A stretch of DNA of 42,450 nucleotides from Clostridia bacterium (GCA_017508465.1 JAFVYW010000065.1:1-42450); one strand, 5' to 3'. Counted from the first letter of the stretch, positions 1 through 9,169 are shown. Notes: generated by a model not told the origin, from the letters alone. Program-made: numbers and translations.

Positions 1-279
1 ATCCATCTTTTGCTTTGGGTAAAGGAAAATATAAATAACACCGAAAACGGACAATCGAGGACGCCTGTCCCTATGAATATTGAGAGAGCCAACAGCGCAT
101 GCTCTCAATTTGTATCAACATTCAAGCGTTTTTGCAATAAGGAGTATGGCGAAAACATTTGGCAAGCTCGTTTCCACGACCATATAATTCGTAACCGCGA
201 TGACTATGAAGAACATTTACGATACATTTACGAAAACCCAATTCGTTGGTGCTACGATGAATTATACGCAGAAGAATAG
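1..279 (+). CDS. IS200/IS605-family Y1 (HUH) transposase-like protein of the REP-associated (RAYT) type; 5' end cut by window edge
   Basis: Frame 1 is open from base 1: IHLLLWV (second His of HUH motif at the edge) ... IWQARFHDHIIRNRDDYEEHLRYIYENPIRW (C-terminal Tyr helix typical of Y1_Tnp/COG1943). GTAG-headed REP hairpins lie nearby. Confidence 0.7.
   Translation: MHLLLWVKENINNTENGQSRTPVPMNIERANSACSQFVSTFKRFCNKEYGENIWQARFHDHIIRNRDDYEEHLRYIYENPIRWCYDELYAEE
47..73 (-). repeat. REP-A-type hairpin copy inside the RAYT-like CDS
   Basis: ACGGACAATCGAGGACGCCTGTCCCTA; GGACA(A/G)...CTGTCC stem. One mismatch to the copies at 1187, 17541 and 17958. Head is ATAG instead of GTAG. Confidence 0.7.
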
Positions 280-322
280 GGGTATGGGCTTTGCCCGAAG
301 CCCGCGTTACAAGCAACGCCGT

Positions 323-350
323 AATACAAAGGCGAAACTGGCGATAAAAC
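323..350 (+). repeat. Shared 5' motif upstream of REP-flanked ORFs (copy 1)
   Basis: AATACaaagGcGAAACTGGCGATAAAA; the 16-nt core GAAACTGGCGATAAAA is identical at 17592-17607. Confidence 0.6.
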
Positions 351-387
351 AGAACGTTAAATAAGAATTTGACAGGAGGCGAATTGG

Positions 388-1062
388 ATGGGGAAAATAG
401 ATGAATTTGAGCAAAAAATAATCAAACAAGGAATGACCGATGCAGATTTTGTTGAATACGAAAAACTACTAAAAAGGGTTCGAGGTAATTTCTCAAAACG
501 CCAACATTGTTATACCACAGCAATTCAGTTTCCCAGCAAATATGCTGAACAGGCAGTAAAACTAATACAATACGGTTTAGTGAATTTTGAGGACGGTTGG
601 TTTACCACATATACATCCTATTTGCTCATAGGGCATATCTACGAAAGGATAAGCAATTATCAAAAAGCCTTTGAAGCCTACTTGTTGGCAAAAGAAGCAC
701 TTGGACAAGACCATCCAAACTATGTTCAGGAACTATCAAAAGACCTTATGTGGATGAAGCTTCACGTGGATTCCTTCAAGTATTCAGTAGAGTTAGAGGA
801 GCACCTCTCCTGCTATGAAAAAACTAGCGGTTTTTCAAAATTTTTTGTAAATGCTGAGTTCAAAATCGCTATTGTTAATATAGTGATTTCACTGCATCAC
901 GGGAGGCTTGATGAAGCAAAGCGATATTTAGAAAAGGCCAGAGATATATGCAAACCGAATTATGTAGGCAAACTGTATACCATTTTGACTAGACACAACT
1001 ACAACGAATCACTAAGCACAACACCAGAAGCAATTATTTTTATGCAACAGCTCAAGCTATAG
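388..1062 (+). CDS. Hypothetical all-alpha, TPR-like protein (224 aa)
   Basis: AGGAGG RBS 8 nt before the ATG. Helical-repeat-like sequence (YQKAFEAYLLAKEALGQDHPNY, LDEAKRYLEKARDI). No family recognised. Bounded by REP elements. Confidence 0.6.
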   Translation: MGKIDEFEQKIIKQGMTDADFVEYEKLLKRVRGNFSKRQHCYTTAIQFPSKYAEQAVKLIQYGLVNFEDGWFTTYTSYLLIGHIYERISNYQKAFEAYLLAKEALGQDHPNYVQELSKDLMWMKLHVDSFKYSVELEEHLSCYEKTSGFSKFFVNAEFKIAIVNIVISLHHGRLDEAKRYLEKARDICKPNYVGKLYTILTRHNYNESLSTTPEAIIFMQQLKL

Positions 1063-1119
1063 AATGCATAGTATCCGTTCGACAAATTCCAATTTGTCGA
1101 ACAGGATCACATAAAATTA

Positions 1120-1147
1120 CCCCGAAAGACTTTTTAATCTGTCGGGG
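1120..1147 (+). terminator. Degenerate CCCCGA...TCGGGG hairpin plus T-rich tail downstream of the 388-1062 ORF
   Basis: ccccgaaagactttttaatctgtcgggg followed by tttatt; homologous to the perfect hairpin at 17891-17918. Confidence 0.5.
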
Positions 1148-1186
1148 TTTATTATTTGTTTTCTTTGGATTAATTTTTTTACGCTA

Positions 1187-1214
1187 ACGGACAGTCGAGG
1201 ACGCCTGTCCCTAC
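1187..1214 (-). repeat. REP-A hairpin (GTAGGGACAGGCGTCCTCGACTGTCCGT on minus strand)
   Basis: GTAG head plus GGACAG/CTGTCC stem with a 10-nt loop; identical to the 17541 and 17958 copies. Confidence 0.85.
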
Positions 1215-1257
1215 AAACAATAATTATTTGTTTTCCGTGGATCAAATTTGTTTATTC

Positions 1258-1305
1258 GTAGGGGCGACCTGCGGTCGCCCGCGGGCGTTCGATGAACGCC
1301 CCTAC
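1258..1305. repeat. Inverted pair of REP-B hairpins (BIME-like)
   Basis: GTAGGGGCGACCtgcGGTCGCCC (1258-1280) faces GGGCGTTCgaTGAACGCCCCTAC (1283-1305); both are GTAG-headed when read on their own strand. Confidence 0.85.
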
Positions 1306-1405
1306 ATTTGTTTTCTGCGGAGCAAATCTGTAATATTGTAATTTTTCCGATAAGGACATCTCCCTTTACGCTCAAGGGCGGTTTTCTATTTCTGAATCGT
1401 TTTTA

Positions 1406-2188
1406 TCAGTAGTCCGTGCGGTGATACGCGACGAGGTCGGCGAGGCGCTGTGCCGCGGCGGCGGCACGGGCGTAGTATTCGTCGGCGGTGGTGTCGGCAT
1501 AATAGGGGGAGTGCGTGGAGATGACCTCAAGCATGAGCGCGCCCGAATAAGGCGTGTCGGCAATTTCTGCCATCAAAGGAGTAAAGTCGATGTCGGCATC
1601 GAGGGGGAGACGATGCTCGTCCGCATCGGTGTTGTTATCATGCGTGTGCAGGGCAACCATTCTGTTACCGAAAAGCTCCAGAAAGGGGATTTCACTCTTT
1701 GTGAAGCACGCGTTATGTCCTGTGTCAAAGCAGAATTTCGCCTCGGGGTAGTAGTCCATAAAGAGCGCGAGTATGCCGAGAAATCTCTGGTTTTCTATCG
1801 CGAGGGTAACCCCCTTTTCTTTCGCGTGAGAAAAGAGAGTATCAAAGCGAGAAAAGCCTGAATTACTGACACGGGGTGGGGTTTTGCCACTGGAAAGGTG
1901 AATGACGAGAGTAGGAATGCCATATGCGCTCGCATCATCAACCGCCTTGATCAGAGAGGCGAGCATCTCGTCGCCCTCCCTGCCTTCGAGCCAGATGGAA
2001 TTGATGTTCCGAAAGGGCGCGTGCAGATTTTCATGTACAATTCCCGCCGCGCGACAAGCGCGGATTTCTTCGTCGAGTGTCGGGCTGTCCGCCATGGAGA
2101 AGGTGGCGTGAAAACCGTTTTTCACCATAAGCGCGACTTGCTCTTCGATGGAAATCGGGTAGGCATTCATGTTGATACCGCGTTTCAT
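1406..2188 (-). CDS. Sugar phosphate isomerase/epimerase (xylose isomerase-like TIM barrel, AP endonuclease 2 fold)
   Basis: ORF 1406-2365 trimmed to MKRGINMNAYP at 2188, which has AGGAGG 8 nt upstream. Motifs LHAPF, LVIHLSSG, LAIEN, DTGH, LHTHDN and MLEV are typical of the family. Confidence 0.75.
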   Translation of the reverse strand: MKRGINMNAYPISIEEQVALMVKNGFHATFSMADSPTLDEEIRACRAAGIVHENLHAPFRNINSIWLEGREGDEMLASLIKAVDDASAYGIPTLVIHLSSGKTPPRVSNSGFSRFDTLFSHAKEKGVTLAIENQRFLGILALFMDYYPEAKFCFDTGHNACFTKSEIPFLELFGNRMVALHTHDNNTDADEHRLPLDADIDFTPLMAEIADTPYSGALMLEVISTHSPYYADTTADEYYARAAAAAQRLADLVAYHRTDY

Positions 2189-2222
2189 TTTGTTTTCCTC
2201 CTGTACCTTTTTTGACGAGACT

Positions 2223-3581
2223 TTAATTGCGAAGCGAATGAATGGGAGCAGGAATTCTGCCACCACGGCGGATGAAGGAAACCGCAGACTCGCGATGCAC
2301 GGGCATGATGGGCGCGTAACCGAGCAGACCACCAAATTCAACCGTCTCACCAACGCCCTTGCCAATCACGGGAATAACACGGACGGCGGTGGTCTTGTTG
2401 TTGATGACGCCGATGGAGATTTCATCTGCGATAATAGCGGAGACCGTTTCGGGCTCAACATCCCCGGGGATAGCAATCATATCAAGACCGACCGAGCAAA
2501 CGGCAGTCATCGCCTCAAGCTTATCCAGGCAAAGCGTGCCCGCCCTGACGGCGTCAATCATGCCACGGTCCTCCGATACAGGAATGAACGCGCCCGACAG
2601 ACCGCCGACATGGCTCGATGCCATAACGCCGCCCTTCTTTACTGCATCGTTGAGCAGAGCAAGCGCGGCGGTCGTGCCATGCGTACCTGTACGCGCAAGT
2701 CCCATATTTTCTAATATTTCCGCGACGGAGTCGCCTGCGGCAGGGGTAGGTGCAAGGGAAAGGTCGACAATGCCGTAAGGCACGCCGAGACGGCGTGATG
2801 CCTCATAAGCAATCAGCTGACCAACGCGTGTGATTTTAAACGCCACCTTTTTGACCGTGTCAGCGAGGGTGGAAAAGTCACAGTCGCCCACCTCGCGAAT
2901 GGCGGCGGCAACCACACCGGGACCGCTGACGCCGACATTGATGACGGTGTCACTCTCACCAATACCGTGAACAGCGCCCGCCATAAAGGGGTTGTCCTCG
3001 GGGATATTGGCAAAGACAACCAGCTTCGCACAACCAATGCTGTCGCGCTCGGCAGTGCGCCTCGCTGTCTGCATGACCACTTCACCCATTTTCGCGACGG
3101 CATCCATATTGATACCTGCCTTGGTGGTCGCAACATTGATGGACGAGCAGACATGCTCGGTGGTCGCAAGCGCTTCGGGAATTGCTTCCATCAGGTTTTG
3201 CGCGCCAAGTATCATTCCCTTTTGCACATGGGCGGAAAAACCGCCGATGAAGTTTACGCCAAGCGCCGCCGCAGCGCGCTCCAGCGTAAGAGCGAGGCGG
3301 ACATAGTTTTCAGGTGGCAAGGTAGTGCCAAGATAGGAAATGGGGGTTACGGAGATACGCTTGTTGACAATAGGAATGCCATAGGTGCGCTCAAGATCCT
3401 CACAAACGCTGACAAGATTTTTCGCCGAGCGCGTGATTTTGTCATAAATTTTTGCCTCAAGACGCATGGGATCGTCCGAGATGCAATCGAAAAGGGAAAT
3501 ACCCATGGTAACAGTACGGATGTCAAGATTTTCCTCGCGTATCATACGCACGGTCTGTAAAATATCACCTGTATTCAGCAT
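2223..3581 (-). CDS. PFL-like UPF0210 (DUF711) family protein
   Basis: 452 aa; [31 protein letters not shown]-terminus. Paired with an upstream ACT-domain gene, as in the conserved Firmicutes UPF0237/UPF0210 pair. Confidence 0.85.
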   Translation of the reverse strand: MLNTGDILQTVRMIREENLDIRTVTMGISLFDCISDDPMRLEAKIYDKITRSAKNLVSVCEDLERTYGIPIVNKRISVTPISYLGTTLPPENYVRLALTLERAAAALGVNFIGGFSAHVQKGMILGAQNLMEAIPEALATTEHVCSSINVATTKAGINMDAVAKMGEVVMQTARRTAERDSIGCAKLVVFANIPEDNPFMAGAVHGIGESDTVINVGVSGPGVVAAAIREVGDCDFSTLADTVKKVAFKITRVGQLIAYEASRRLGVPYGIVDLSLAPTPAAGDSVAEILENMGLARTGTHGTTAALALLNDAVKKGGVMASSHVGGLSGAFIPVSEDRGMIDAVRAGTLCLDKLEAMTAVCSVGLDMIAIPGDVEPETVSAIIADEISIGVINNKTTAVRVIPVIGKGVGETVEFGGLLGYAPIMPVHRESAVSFIRRGGRIPAPIHSLRN

Positions 3582-3592
3582 AGCGTTCTCCT

Positions 3593-3865
3593 TTAAATTC
3601 TGTGCATCGCGTTGAAAATATCCTCATGCATCACACGAATATCCACATGATGCGCCTCGCCCTCTTGTTTCAAGGCGTCGGAGAACTCACGGAAGCCTAC
3701 GCTTGTAACATCACTCATATCGACAAGCATAATCATTGAGAAATACTCCCGAAGGACGGTCTGGCTGATATCCAGAATATTTGCGCCATAGCGCGAGCAG
3801 GCGTTGGCGACAAAGGCTATAATTCCTTTTTTGTCTTTTCCTATAACGGTAATGATTGCTTTCAT
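3593..3865 (-). CDS. ACT domain-containing protein (UPF0237 family)
   Basis: [45 protein letters not shown] lies 6 nt before this ATG, so the upstream ATG at 3880 falls inside the RBS. Confidence 0.85.
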   Translation of the reverse strand: MKAIITVIGKDKKGIIAFVANACSRYGANILDISQTVLREYFSMIMLVDMSDVTSVGFREFSDALKQEGEAHHVDIRVMHEDIFNAMHRI

Positions 3866-3936
3866 ATGTTTCTCCTCCAAAAAAAATAAAATATGCTATA
3901 TTTTATCACAATATTCGCCTTTTTTCAAGGTTTTCG

Positions 3937-3965
3937 TTGAAATTGTTATTTTTTTATGTTAAAAT
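3937..3965 (+). promoter_or_regulatory. Sigma-A-type promoter for truB
   Basis: TTGAAA, 17-nt spacer, TAAAAT, with TGt extension. Confidence 0.5.
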
Positions 3966-3998
3966 GGAATATATACCATTTCTAAAAAGGAAAAAACG

Positions 3999-4886
3999 AT
4001 GAAAGACGGCATCCTGATTATTCATAAAGGACAAAATATCACCTCGCAGGGCGTGGTCAACCGCCTCAAACGCCTTTACGGTGTCAAAAAGGCAGGACAC
4101 ACCGGCACGCTCGATCCGATGGCGACGGGCGTTCTGCCCGTGTTGATTGGCCGTGCGGTCAAGGCGAGTGAGTTTATGCTGACATCGACGAAGTGCTACA
4201 AGGCAGAGCTTACGCTGGGCGTTGTCAGCGATACGGAGGATATTTTCGGTAACTTAACAAAAGTGGATGCCCCCATGCCGAGCGAAGAAGAGGTGCTTTC
4301 CGCGCTCGCTTCCTTCCGTGGTAAAATCTTACAGACACCACCGATGTATTCCGCCCTGAAGGTCGGGGGGAAAAAGCTCTGTGACCTCGCGCGCGAAGGG
4401 ATTGAGATTGCGCGCGAAGCGCGTGAGATTACCATTTATCGCCTCGAAGGCGAACGCATCGCGCCCGACCGCTATCGTCTTTCGGTCGAATGCTCCAAGG
4501 GTACTTATATCCGCACCCTGTGCGCCGACATTGGAAGGGCGCTCGGCACGGGTGGCGTGATGAGCGCGCTTTGTCGGTCGGAGGCATCGGGTTTTTCCCT
4601 CGCCGACGCGCATACCATCGAAGAGATTGAGCGGATGACAGACGAAGAAAAGGAAGGACTTATCCTTCCCGTTGAGACGATTTTTGAAAAATATGAAAGG
4701 GTTTCTCTTCCTGCGTTTTTTGAAAAGCTCGCACGGGCAGGTCTTGAAATTTACGAGAAAAAAATCGGCAAATCTTTTCCTGTCGGCACCCGTGTGCGCC
4801 TGTATGGCGAGGACGGATTTTTCGCACTTGGCGAAGTAAGAGAATACGAGGAAGGCTTGGCAATTAAGCCCATTCGTCAGTTTTAA
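3999..4886 (+). CDS. truB: tRNA pseudouridine(55) synthase
   Basis: 295 aa; GHTGTLDPMATGVLPVLIG catalytic-Asp motif and PPMYSALKVGGKKL. Confidence 0.9.
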   Translation: MKDGILIIHKGQNITSQGVVNRLKRLYGVKKAGHTGTLDPMATGVLPVLIGRAVKASEFMLTSTKCYKAELTLGVVSDTEDIFGNLTKVDAPMPSEEEVLSALASFRGKILQTPPMYSALKVGGKKLCDLAREGIEIAREAREITIYRLEGERIAPDRYRLSVECSKGTYIRTLCADIGRALGTGGVMSALCRSEASGFSLADAHTIEEIERMTDEEKEGLILPVETIFEKYERVSLPAFFEKLARAGLEIYEKKIGKSFPVGTRVRLYGEDGFFALGEVREYEEGLAIKPIRQF

Positions 4887-4926
4887 TAGGTAATAAAGTA
4901 AACTTTGATTTACAAAAGAGGATATT

Positions 4927-7900
4927 ATGGCAAGAAATTGGACAGAAAAACAGCGTCAGGCGATAGACACGCGAGACAGAACTCTGCTCATCAGTGCGGC
5001 GGCAGGCTCGGGAAAAACGGCAACGCTTACCGAGCGTGTCATCTCTTCCATTTTAGATAAAGATAATCCCATAGAGGTAAACGAAATCCTCGCCGTTACC
5101 TTTACCAATGCGGCGGCGCTTGAGCTGCGCGAGAAAATCACCGCAAGAATTTCGGCGGCTCTCGCCGACTGTGGCGAGAGCGTTCTCGTCGAGGGTGGCG
5201 CATCCGAGGGGGAAGCCCCCGAGATGGAGGAGGAGAGCGAACCCTTGCAGACAAAGACGCAGGGTGAGAGCGTTGTGCAATATCTGCGCCGTCAGTTAGA
5301 GCTTCTTCCTCTCGCGCATATCCGAACCATTGACTCCTTCTGCAACGAGATTTTAAAGCAGAACTCGGCAAGTGTCAACCTGCCTCCCAATTACCGTATT
5401 GCCGAGGAAGCGGAGATTTTGCTCATCAGCGATCGCGTGATGGATAACCTTATGGAAAGTGTCCTTCACGGCCTTTGCCCTGAAATTGCCTCACCCGAGG
5501 AGTTTCTCTCCCTGACCGATGCGATGGTCGGTGTGAAGCATGAGGAAGGCATCATTCCCGCCTTTCTCTACATTTATAACAAAACCAAAACGCACGAGGA
5601 CGGTGTTGCCTCTCTTCACGCCCTCGTGGAGGAATACGCCCTTGGCGCAGACAAGCCGTTTGAAAAAACCACCTTTGGCTCTTATCTCATCCGTGAGGTA
5701 AATGACTACGCGGGCGCATATACCGATGCGATGGCAAAATATATCCGTGCGCTTGAGGATGTCGGGGATAGCGGCTCACTGAAGGTTGCGGAGAGATTTT
5801 ACAAAATCAGGGATGCCCTCTTCACGCTCAAAGAGGCAACAACCTATGGCGAGATGCGCCGACACCTTCTCGCTCTTCCATACCCCGAGCTTCGCGGCTT
5901 GCCAAGCGGAGAGAGACGCACCGCCGACATGAAGGCGCTCATTTCTCTTTATCAGGAATTCAAGGAGCTTTTCAAGGAAAAGTTTGCTCCGCGCTTTTTC
6001 ACCTACACCGAGGATGCGCTTGATAAGCTCTGTCAGCAGCTTCATCATACGCTCGGCATTTTTGTGCGATTTTTGGTTCGTTTTGACGAGCTTTTTGTCG
6101 CGCAGAAAAAGCAGATGGGTATCGCGGAGCATTCGGACATTGAGCGTTACGCCTACGAATGCCTTTATGACAAAAAAACAAAGCAACCCACCGAATTCGC
6201 CATCTCTCTGCGCAATTCCTTCCGTGCCGTCTATATCGATGAATATCAGGATGTCAACCGTCTGCAGGACAAGATTTTTGAGATGATTTCAACACCCTAT
6301 AACAGATTTATGGTCGGCGACATCAAGCAAAGCATCTATTCCTTCCGCTCGGCAGCCCCCGGTATTTTTGCCGATTTGAAGGAAAATTACCCCATTTTTT
6401 CTGACACGGGTGCGGACAAACACCCCGCTTCCATCTTTATGTCAAACAATTTCCGTAGTGACCGCGGTGTTGTCGATTTTGTCAACGGCGTGTTCGACTG
6501 CGTGTTCAGACTGACGGGACAATCGATACGATATGTATATGAGGACCGCCTGATCTGCTCGAAATACCGTGACAGCGAGACGGGAGAACCGCCCTATCAC
6601 AGAGGCGAAATTCTTCTTGTTGAAAGTCCGCCATCCAAGAAAAAGAACACCCCCGAGGATGAGATTGACGAAAATCTTTCTGCGATTGAATGTGAGGCGC
6701 GCGTGGTAGCATCCCGCATTCTCGAAATGCTCGAGCGCGGTGAGACCAAGAATGACGGCACAAAGATTGTCCCTGGCGATATTGCTATTCTGCTTCGATC
6801 CACTAAAACAAAAGCGAAAATCTTTGCTGACGCGCTCGCAAAGGTCGGCATTCCCTATGCCATTACCCAGGGGGATGACTTTTTCCTCTCACCCGAGGTT
6901 CTTCTTGCCCTTTGCATTCTCAATGTAGTGGACAATCCGCAAAGAGATATCTACCTCGCAGGACTTCTTCTCTCTCCTCTGTACCGATTTAGTGCGGACG
7001 AGGTCGCTCGCATCCGCGGCATCCGCAAGGAGAAGGTGGACGGACCTTTGATTTTCGCCCTGCAAGCCTTTGCAAAGGCGCATCCCGAACATCTGAAAAC
7101 ACAGAAATTTCTCTCCGACCTCGCGCACTATCGCGCCGAGGCAGAGGGTGTCGGTGTCGATGTGCTTCTCTCAAAGCTCTATTACGAAACGGGACTTATC
7201 ACCCTCGCGAGTACGCATGGCGGTCTCGACAATCTGATGCTCCTGCACGATTTTGCCGAGCGCTTTGAGAAAAACGGCTTCCGCGGTCTTTACGCCTTCA
7301 TCCAATACATCAACGATATTATCCGCAAAAATGAAAAATTCGATAACCGCCCCGAAGTCCCCAAGGGCGCGAATGTCGTTCGTATCATCACCATTCACGC
7401 GTCGAAAGGTCTCGAATATCCCGTCTGCTTCGTATCCGGCGCAGGTACGCTGATCCGGGATGGCGATGTGATGAGCGGCAAAGGAACGCTGGAGTTTTCC
7501 GAGGATTTTGGTCTCTCACTCCGTCTGCGCGATGCGACAGGTCTGATTTCCCTCGATAACCCCATTGTGAACATTATCAAAAGACGCCGCATGGACCTCA
7601 TTTTTGAAGAGGAAATGCGTATTTTGTATGTGGCGCTCACACGCGCAAGAGAGCGCCTGATTGTCAGTGCGCTGACTGGCTCTGACCAGGAAAATTTCCT
7701 CGAAAAAATCAACCTTCTGCGCGAGCGTCTTTCCCCCGAGGTGATGCATGCCCAGCGTACCTACATCGGTCCGATTCTTCTCTCGGGTGTCGATGTGGAT
7801 AAGCGTTACGACAGACGCGGGGAAGGGGAAGAATTCTCGCCAGAGGCCGATGACGAGACACGCCGCGCGCTACAAGAGGCGTCGCTAGAAGAATTTGCAT

Positions 7901-8826
7901 TTCTTGCCGATGAGGAGGATGACCTGACAGACACGCTTGTCGAGCATTTTTCCTATCGGTATCCCAATGAAATTTACACAAAGCTCCCGACCAAGCTTTC
8001 GGTCTCCTACCTCTCGCCGACCATCCTGGATGGCAATGAGGAACAGGAAAAGGTCGCCTTGACGATTGAAGAATTGCTCGGCGAAATTTCCCCGAAGAGC
8101 GAGATTGAAACTCTCCTGGAGGACGGTGACATTCTGACACCTTTTGACGATATGTACGAAGGCGACAGTACCGTTAAAGTCGAAGAAAGCGAGAACGACA
8201 ATCCCGAAAAACCCACAGAAACGCAAACAACAGTTAGCATTTTGCCAGAATTTTATGACGGAGAGCCTTTAGATGCTCCTGCAAGGCGCGGTACGGCAAC
8301 CCATATTATGCTCCAGTTTGCCGATTTCAATCGTCTTGCAAAAACGAGTGCAGAAGAGGAATTGCGCCGTCTCATAGATGACAAGTTTATCTCGAAGCGC
8401 GATGGTTCGTTTGTCCGTGTGCGCGAGGTGGAACGCTTCCGTTTCAGTAAGCTGATACGCCGTATGCAGAAGGCAAAAAATATGTGGCGCGAGTTCCGCT
8501 TCCATGCGACGCTCCCTGCCCATCTTTTCACCAGGGACGAAGAAAAAAAGAAAATTCTCCAGAATGTCAGGCTTCTCGTCCAGGGTGTCATCGACTGTCT
8601 GTTTGAGGAAGAGGACGGTTCTCTCGTCCTGATTGACTACAAGACCGACCGTATCCCGGGTGAAATCTATCAGGACCGCGAACGCGTCAAGGCGTTCTTC
8701 AACGAGCGCCACCATCAGCAGCTCTTCTACTACACCCTCGCCATCGAGCAGATGTTCGGTAAGCGCCCTGACCGTGTGGAAATCTATTCCACCGCCCTCG
8801 CCGATACCATCCCGATGGATGTGTAA
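4927..8826 (+). CDS. addA: AddA-like ATP-dependent helicase/nuclease (UvrD/Rep-type helicase plus C-terminal RecB-family PD-(D/E)XK nuclease)
   Basis: 1299 aa. Walker A is AAAGSGKTATLTERV; also DEYQDVN, TIHASKGLEYPV and VALTRARERL. C-terminal nuclease motif is GVIDCLFEEEDGSLVLIDYKTD. Confidence 0.85.
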   Translation: MARNWTEKQRQAIDTRDRTLLISAAAGSGKTATLTERVISSILDKDNPIEVNEILAVTFTNAAALELREKITARISAALADCGESVLVEGGASEGEAPEMEEESEPLQTKTQGESVVQYLRRQLELLPLAHIRTIDSFCNEILKQNSASVNLPPNYRIAEEAEILLISDRVMDNLMESVLHGLCPEIASPEEFLSLTDAMVGVKHEEGIIPAFLYIYNKTKTHEDGVASLHALVEEYALGADKPFEKTTFGSYLIREVNDYAGAYTDAMAKYIRALEDVGDSGSLKVAERFYKIRDALFTLKEATTYGEMRRHLLALPYPELRGLPSGERRTADMKALISLYQEFKELFKEKFAPRFFTYTEDALDKLCQQLHHTLGIFVRFLVRFDELFVAQKKQMGIAEHSDIERYAYECLYDKKTKQPTEFAISLRNSFRAVYIDEYQDVNRLQDKIFEMISTPYNRFMVGDIKQSIYSFRSAAPGIFADLKENYPIFSDTGADKHPASIFMSNNFRSDRGVVDFVNGVFDCVFRLTGQSIRYVYEDRLICSKYRDSETGEPPYHRGEILLVESPPSKKKNTPEDEIDENLSAIECEARVVASRILEMLERGETKNDGTKIVPGDIAILLRSTKTKAKIFADALAKVGIPYAITQGDDFFLSPEVLLALCILNVVDNPQRDIYLAGLLLSPLYRFSADEVARIRGIRKEKVDGPLIFALQAFAKAHPEHLKTQKFLSDLAHYRAEAEGVGVDVLLSKLYYETGLITLASTHGGLDNLMLLHDFAERFEKNGFRGLYAFIQYINDIIRKNEKFDNRPEVPKGANVVRIITIHASKGLEYPVCFVSGAGTLIRDGDVMSGKGTLEFSEDFGLSLRLRDATGLISLDNPIVNIIKRRRMDLIFEEEMRILYVALTRARERLIVSALTGSDQENFLEKINLLRERLSPEVMHAQRTYIGPILLSGVDVDKRYDRRGEGEEFSPEADDETRRALQEASLEEFAFLADEEDDLTDTLVEHFSYRYPNEIYTKLPTKLSVSYLSPTILDGNEEQEKVALTIEELLGEISPKSEIETLLEDGDILTPFDDMYEGDSTVKVEESENDNPEKPTETQTTVSILPEFYDGEPLDAPARRGTATHIMLQFADFNRLAKTSAEEELRRLIDDKFISKRDGSFVRVREVERFRFSKLIRRMQKAKNMWREFRFHATLPAHLFTRDEEKKKILQNVRLLVQGVIDCLFEEEDGSLVLIDYKTDRIPGEIYQDRERVKAFFNERHHQQLFYYTLAIEQMFGKRPDRVEIYSTALADTIPMDV

Positions 8827-8842
8827 GCACAACATCAATATA

Positions 8843-8890
8843 AAAAACATATGAATGAGCATTCATATGAATGAGCGTTCATATGTTTTT
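8843..8890 (+). terminator. Intrinsic terminator after addA
   Basis: AAAAACATATGAA...TTCATATGTTTTT stem with an internal duplicated CATATGAATGAGC; T-run at the 3' end. Confidence 0.65.
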
Positions 8891-8953
8891 GTTCGGGCGT
8901 GAATACAAACCGTTCATGGTAAAAGCGCAGCGGTGTTCCATGGGTTGATTGAC

Positions 8954-8973
8954 GGCGGAGCACCCCGCCCTAC
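8954..8973 (-). repeat. Divergent REP-like hairpin (GTAGGGCGGGGTGCTCCGCC on minus strand)
   Basis: GTAG head plus GGCGG/CCGCC stem, inside a GC-rich structured spacer. Confidence 0.45.
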
Positions 8974-9134
8974 ATCTACTCTCCAGTGGCTCTCTCTGTG
9001 AGGAAGCTTGCGCCGTCAGGCGACCGAAGGAGAACGCGCTACACCGTCTTTGCGCGCACATTTTGCTTCCCTGTCAAAATCTATAAGATTTTTTCGCTTC
9101 CTTTTTGCAAAAAGGAAGAAATCGTCCTTTGCCT

Positions 9135-9167
9135 AAAAAAAGAACCTTCCGAAGAAGGTTCTTTTTT
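9135..9167 (-). terminator. Bidirectional intrinsic terminator after rny
   Basis: AGAACCTTC cgaa GAAGGTTCT, flanked by an A-run and a T-run, 3 nt after the rny stop. Confidence 0.8.
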
Positions 9168-9169
9168 GA

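Noticed and set aside
2189-2365. N-terminal 59-aa extension of the TIM-barrel isomerase ORF (start at 2365).
   Set aside because: It would overlap the 3' end of the UPF0210 gene by ~140 nt and encodes Arg/Cys/Ser-rich sequence. The internal ATG at 2188 has a strong AGGAGG RBS.
3903-3915. TTATCACAAT half-site identical to the XRE operator half at 13491, found upstream of the ACT gene.
   Set aside because: It is a single half-site with no inverted partner. On the minus strand it reads TGTGATAAAAT, which is more simply an extended -10 element for the ACT/UPF0210 operon.
8990-9050. Possible SRP (4.5S/scRNA) domain IV, because of GTCAGGCGACCGAAGGAGAACGCG resembling GUCAGGUCCGGAAGGAAGCAGC.
   Set aside because: The near-invariant GGAA tetraloop context and the AGCA of the asymmetric loop are not intact, and the apical helix pairs poorly. 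It is kept only as an unassigned structured spacer.
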